The notes below the pieces were generated by a model. It worked only from the letters and a program-made list of their open reading frames with translations. It did no database searches and had not been told where the DNA came from. A stretch of DNA of 64,000 nucleotides from a bacterium (GTDB lineage Bacteria; Desulfobacterota; DSWW01): contig JBFLZG010000002.1 of the NCBI GenBank assembly GCA_040756235.1, forward strand, positions 160,369-224,368. Reading direction: 5' to 3'. The first letter of the stretch is position 1. Each line of letters starts with the position of its first letter. Positions 60,391 to 64,000 of this stretch are shown one piece after another. The position numbers and the translations under genes are program-made.

Positions 60391-61623
60391 TTGACCGAAT
60401 TCTTCCGGGTCGTGACACCGGACGAGATCTTCGAGCAGCTCGCCTCGTTCCGCCGGGTCGGCACCGAGCGGGTGCGGCTCGAGGATGCCGGGGCAAGGGT
60501 CCTGGCCTCCGAGGTCGCCTCCGGTGAGGATCAGCCTCCCTGGCCCAGATCGACCATGGACGGATACGCGGTGAAGGCCGCCGACACCTTCGGTGCAACG
60601 GATGCGCTCCCCGGCTTGCTGAGCGTCTCGGGCCGCGTGGAGATGGGCAAGATGCCGGGGTTCGAGATCCGGCCCGGCCAGGCTGCCGGGATCCCTACGG
60701 GCGGCTTTCTGCCGGCTGGCGCGGACGCGGTGGTGATGATCGAGTACACCAACCCGGCCGGTGACGGCAGCCTCGAGGTGACCCGGCCGGTCACCGCGGG
60801 TGAGAACGTCATGGGCCGCGGCGAGGACGTGGCCAGAGGGGAAATCCTGCTCCGGCCCGGCCGCCGTGTCCGGCCCCAGGACGCCGGCCTCATGGCGGCC
60901 CTCGGAATGGCAGATGTCGAGGTTTTCCGGCGCCCTCGTGTGGCCATCTGTTCCACCGGGAACGAAATCGTCCCCATGACGCAGGTCCCCGCGCCCGGAC
61001 AGATCCGGGATGCCAATAGCTACAGCGTGGGGAGTCTCGTGAAAGCCGCCGGAGGGGAGCCGCTGCGGCTGGGCATCGTCCAGGACGAGGCGGCTCTCCT
61101 GGAGGAAGCGATCCGCAGAGGAACCGCCGAGGGCGACGTGATGGTCCTGTCCGGCGGCAGCTCGGTGGGGGAGCGGGATCTCCTGGTGGAGGTCGTCGGA
61201 GCGCTTCCCGGGGCGAGGGTTCTCGCGCACGGCGTGGCGATCAGCCCCGGCAAGCCCATGCTGCTGGCCGACGTGGCCGGCAAGGCGCTCATCGGTCTGC
61301 CCGGGCACCCGGTGTCGGCCACGGTCGTTGCGCAGGTCTTTCTTCTTCCTTTTCTCCGGTACATCGGAGGAGAAGATCTGGTCGCCGGGCTTTCGGGCCG
61401 AAAGGTCAAGGCGGTGCTGGCGACTTCCGTGGCGTCGGTACAGGGCCGGGAGGAGTACGTGCGGGTGCGGCTCGAGGTTCGGGACGACGTGTGGTACGCG
61501 CATCCCGTGTTCGGCAGGTCGGGGATGCTCTCCACCTTGGTGCGGTCGGACGGACTGGTGCGCGTGCCCCTGCACGCGGAAGGGGTGGCGCGCGGGGAGG
61601 AAGTGGAGGTCACGCTTTTCTGA
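60391..61623 (+). CDS. moeA: Molybdopterin molybdenumtransferase MoeA (copy 1)
   Basis: RSTMDGYAV, IPTGG.LP.GADAVVMIE, STGNE, RDAN, SGGSSVG.RD, PGKP, LPGHPVS; TTG start 60391 after AGGAG. Confidence 0.95.
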   Translation: MTEFFRVVTPDEIFEQLASFRRVGTERVRLEDAGARVLASEVASGEDQPPWPRSTMDGYAVKAADTFGATDALPGLLSVSGRVEMGKMPGFEIRPGQAAGIPTGGFLPAGADAVVMIEYTNPAGDGSLEVTRPVTAGENVMGRGEDVARGEILLRPGRRVRPQDAGLMAALGMADVEVFRRPRVAICSTGNEIVPMTQVPAPGQIRDANSYSVGSLVKAAGGEPLRLGIVQDEAALLEEAIRRGTAEGDVMVLSGGSSVGERDLLVEVVGALPGARVLAHGVAISPGKPMLLADVAGKALIGLPGHPVSATVVAQVFLLPFLRYIGGEDLVAGLSGRKVKAVLATSVASVQGREEYVRVRLEVRDDVWYAHPVFGRSGMLSTLVRSDGLVRVPLHAEGVARGEEVEVTLF

Positions 61624-61661
61624 GAGACAGAGCCGCCCGTCTTGGCGGCTTGAAGGGAACG

Positions 61662-61830
61662 GGAGATTGCGAGCGTAGTGAAGCAACCTCCGTGGCTCTG
61701 GGGGTTGCTTCGGTCGCCTGTGGCTCCTCGCAATATCCGCAACACTTCGTGTCCTCGCTCCGCCTGCTCAATGCGGCCTTGGCCGGGGATGAAGGCGTTA
61801 TGACACAGCCGCGTCTGCGGGAATGACGGC
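61662..61830. repeat. Cluster of REP-like palindromes (ATTGCGAG...GAAGCAA/TTGCTTC...CTCGCAAT and GCGGGAATGAC types)
   Basis: GATTGCGAG..GAAGCAACCTC is mirrored by GGGGTTGCTTC..CTCGCAAT (61662-61738); CGTCTGCGGGAATGAC near 61812. Confidence 0.6.
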
Positions 61831-61863
61831 ACGTTATGACCGGCGACTCTTGAGGACATTCGG

Positions 61864-63795
61864 ATGAGAAAGAAGCAGGAGATCTACCGTCATCTGAAGA
61901 CGGTGACGGAGGTCAAGCAGATCCTGAAGAGCCGGTTCGGCGGCCAGACGAGCGGGACCGAAACGGTGGCGGTGCGGCAAGCCCTGGACCGGGTGCTCGC
62001 CGGACCGGTCAAGGCGCAGAGATCGGTGCCGGCCTATCACGCTGCCGCCATGGACGGCATCGCCCTGAAGGCGTCGGCCACGTTCGGCACGCTCCCCGAA
62101 CGCCCCACGGTCCTCCCCAAGGGGCCCCTGGCCACCTACGTGGACACCGGGGACCCTCTCCCGGAAGAGGCCGACTCCGTGGTGATGATCGAAAAGGCCG
62201 AGGAGGCCGGCGATGGCTGGGAAATCCGGGAGGCGGTGTACCCGTGGCAGAACGTGCGGAAGGTCGGGGAAGACATTGTCGCGGGCGACATCCTGCTTCC
62301 GGCCAGGCGCCGCATCCGGCCCTATGATCAGGGCGCCCTGCTGGCTGCAGGCGTGCTCTCGGTCGAGGTGTTTCGCAGGCCGCGGGTGCTCATCATTCCC
62401 ACGGGGGACGAGATCATCCTGCCGGAGGAGGCCTGCGACCCGCTGCCCAAGGGGGCGCTGCTGGAGTTCAACGGCCAGATGCTCGCCTCCATGGTCGTGG
62501 AGTGCGGTGCCGAGCCGTGCCTGATGAGGCCGGTTCCGGACGATATCGAAGCGCTGCGAAAGGCGCTTTCGACGGGGCTCTCCGACGGGTACGACCTGAT
62601 TCTGATCATCGCCGGCTCTTCGACGGGCTCGGCCGACTACACGCCGCGCCTGCTCGGTGAAGCGGGTGAGCTGCTGGTGCACGGGGTGACGGTCATGCCG
62701 GGAAAGCCCACGGTGGTGGCCGCAGCCGGCGGCCGGCCCGTCGTGGGGGTGCCGGGATACCCGGTGTCAGCGATCGTCTCGGCCCGCGAGTTCATTCGCC
62801 CTCTGTTGTACACGCTCCAGGGGCTGGCTCCGCCGGAGCCGGAAAGAGTGAGCGCGCTGATGGGCCGGAAGCTGCCGTCCAAGCTGGGCCTGGAGGAGCA
62901 CGTGCGCGTGATTCTGGGCCGCGTGGGCGATCGAGTGGTCGCGATCCCGATCGGAGGCGGCGCCGGCGTCATCTCTTCTCTGGTGCGGGCCGACGGCATC
63001 CTCAGGGTGCCTCAGGAGCTGAGCGGCCTTTCCGAAGGCGAGCGCGCCGAAGTCGAGCTGCTCAAGCCGATCGGCATCGTGGACAACAACATCCTGGCGA
63101 TCGGCTCGCACGACATGACGCTCGATCTGGTCGCCAGTCATGTCGAGGAACGGACCGGCGGCAGCATGCAGCTCTCCTCGAGCAACGTGGGAAGCCTGGG
63201 CGGCCTGATCGCTCTGAGAAAGCAGACGGCCCACCTCGCAGGCTCTCACCTGCTGGACACCCGGACAGGGGAGTACAACGTTTCCTATATCCGGCAGCAT
63301 CTGAAAGGCGTTGCGATCACTCTGGTCACTCTGGTCCATCGCTGGCAGGGACTCATGCTGACGCCCGGGAACCCGAAGGGCATCCGGGATATCCGGGACC
63401 TCGCGAGAGCCGACGTCACCTTCGTCAACCGCCAGGCCGGCTCCGGAACCCGGATCCTGCTGGATTACGAGTTGGAGAAGGCGGGAATCGCTCCGGAGCA
63501 GGTGAGCGGATACCGGAACGAAGAGTATACGCACATGAACGTGGCGGTCGCCGTGGCCTCTGGCGCCGCCGATGCCGGGCTCGGCATCCACGCGGCTGCC
63601 AGGGCCCTGGGACTGGAATTCCTCCCGACGACCCGGGAGCGCTACGACCTCGTGATCCCGAGCGCGTTCCTTTCAGACCCCAAGATCGAGCTGGTGCTGG
63701 AGATCATACGGTCAGAGGGGTTCCAGTCGGCGGTCCTCGCGATGGGCGGTTACGAGGTCGAGGAAACCGGCAGAATCGCGGCCCGCCTCGGGTAG
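61864..63795 (+). CDS. moeA: MoeA fused to a C-terminal PBP (LysR-substrate-binding-like) domain
   Basis: AAMDGIA, VDTGDPLP, PTGDE, PGKP, PGYPVS; then GSHD, VGSLGGL.AL, HLLD..TGEYN, NRQ.GSGTR, YTH..VA, ERYD. Confidence 0.95.
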   Translation: MRKKQEIYRHLKTVTEVKQILKSRFGGQTSGTETVAVRQALDRVLAGPVKAQRSVPAYHAAAMDGIALKASATFGTLPERPTVLPKGPLATYVDTGDPLPEEADSVVMIEKAEEAGDGWEIREAVYPWQNVRKVGEDIVAGDILLPARRRIRPYDQGALLAAGVLSVEVFRRPRVLIIPTGDEIILPEEACDPLPKGALLEFNGQMLASMVVECGAEPCLMRPVPDDIEALRKALSTGLSDGYDLILIIAGSSTGSADYTPRLLGEAGELLVHGVTVMPGKPTVVAAAGGRPVVGVPGYPVSAIVSAREFIRPLLYTLQGLAPPEPERVSALMGRKLPSKLGLEEHVRVILGRVGDRVVAIPIGGGAGVISSLVRADGILRVPQELSGLSEGERAEVELLKPIGIVDNNILAIGSHDMTLDLVASHVEERTGGSMQLSSSNVGSLGGLIALRKQTAHLAGSHLLDTRTGEYNVSYIRQHLKGVAITLVTLVHRWQGLMLTPGNPKGIRDIRDLARADVTFVNRQAGSGTRILLDYELEKAGIAPEQVSGYRNEEYTHMNVAVAVASGAADAGLGIHAAARALGLEFLPTTRERYDLVIPSAFLSDPKIELVLEIIRSEGFQSAVLAMGGYEVEETGRIAARLG

Positions 63796-64000
63796 GGCGC
63801 GCGGACCGTAACGTCGCGCAACGGGAAACTGCGCGAGGGACACGTTCCCCCCCGGTTCACACCTGTGGGGGTGCTGTTTGCCGCGCCCGCTGGTTCGGGC
63901 TCTTGTAGGGGCGGCCGGCGGTCGCCCTCGGGCCGGGCAAGCTTCGCCACCGTAGGGGTGTCGCAAAATGAACTCCCTCTCCCCCGTGCACGGGGGAGAG
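63796..64000. repeat. Mixed REP-like cluster, truncated by window end
   Basis: GTAGGGGCGGCCGGCGGTCGCCC near 63905, GTAGGGG near 63952, CTCTCCCCCG-TGCA-CGGGGGAGAG at the end. Confidence 0.55.

Overview
A GC-rich core-chromosome segment of an anaerobic deltaproteobacterium-type organism (Desulfobacterota-like 16S and gene order). Most genes are co-oriented with one complete rRNA operon (16S-tRNA-Ile-tRNA-Ala-23S-5S). Housekeeping blocks: mtnP(3' end)-pfkB-rodZ-like-recO-glyQ-glyS-ppdK; smc-ftsY; zapB-zapA-[525-nt structured spacer]-rny-ymdB-rrn; radC, ssb, lpxH, NCS2 permease, dcd, cutA; a TolC operon containing a shortened ResB-like gene; rsmD-coaD-coaBC; nfeD-slipin-[2-hydroxyacyl-CoA dehydratase-family gene]-queA-tgt-yajC-secD-secF; recJ; an M16 peptidase, mutY and suhB. 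The window ends in a large molybdopterin/tungstopterin cluster (moeB-rhodanese, moaD-like, a signal-less binding-protein-fold gene, a Moco/Tuco riboswitch, tupBC, moaC, MOSC, moaA, mog, two moeA). I see no prophage, CRISPR array, integrase, transposase or defence island, but several families of REP/MITE-like palindromes are scattered between genes. Best leads: the large structured RNA in the usual 6S position ahead of rny; the lone Fe-S dehydratase-family gene directly upstream of queA-tgt; a P3-less (tungsten-type) Moco riboswitch with a terminator/antiterminator switch controlling tupBC without tupA; and the MoaD plus cytoplasmic binding-protein-fold gene pair. All calls come from motif recognition by eye; no searches were run.
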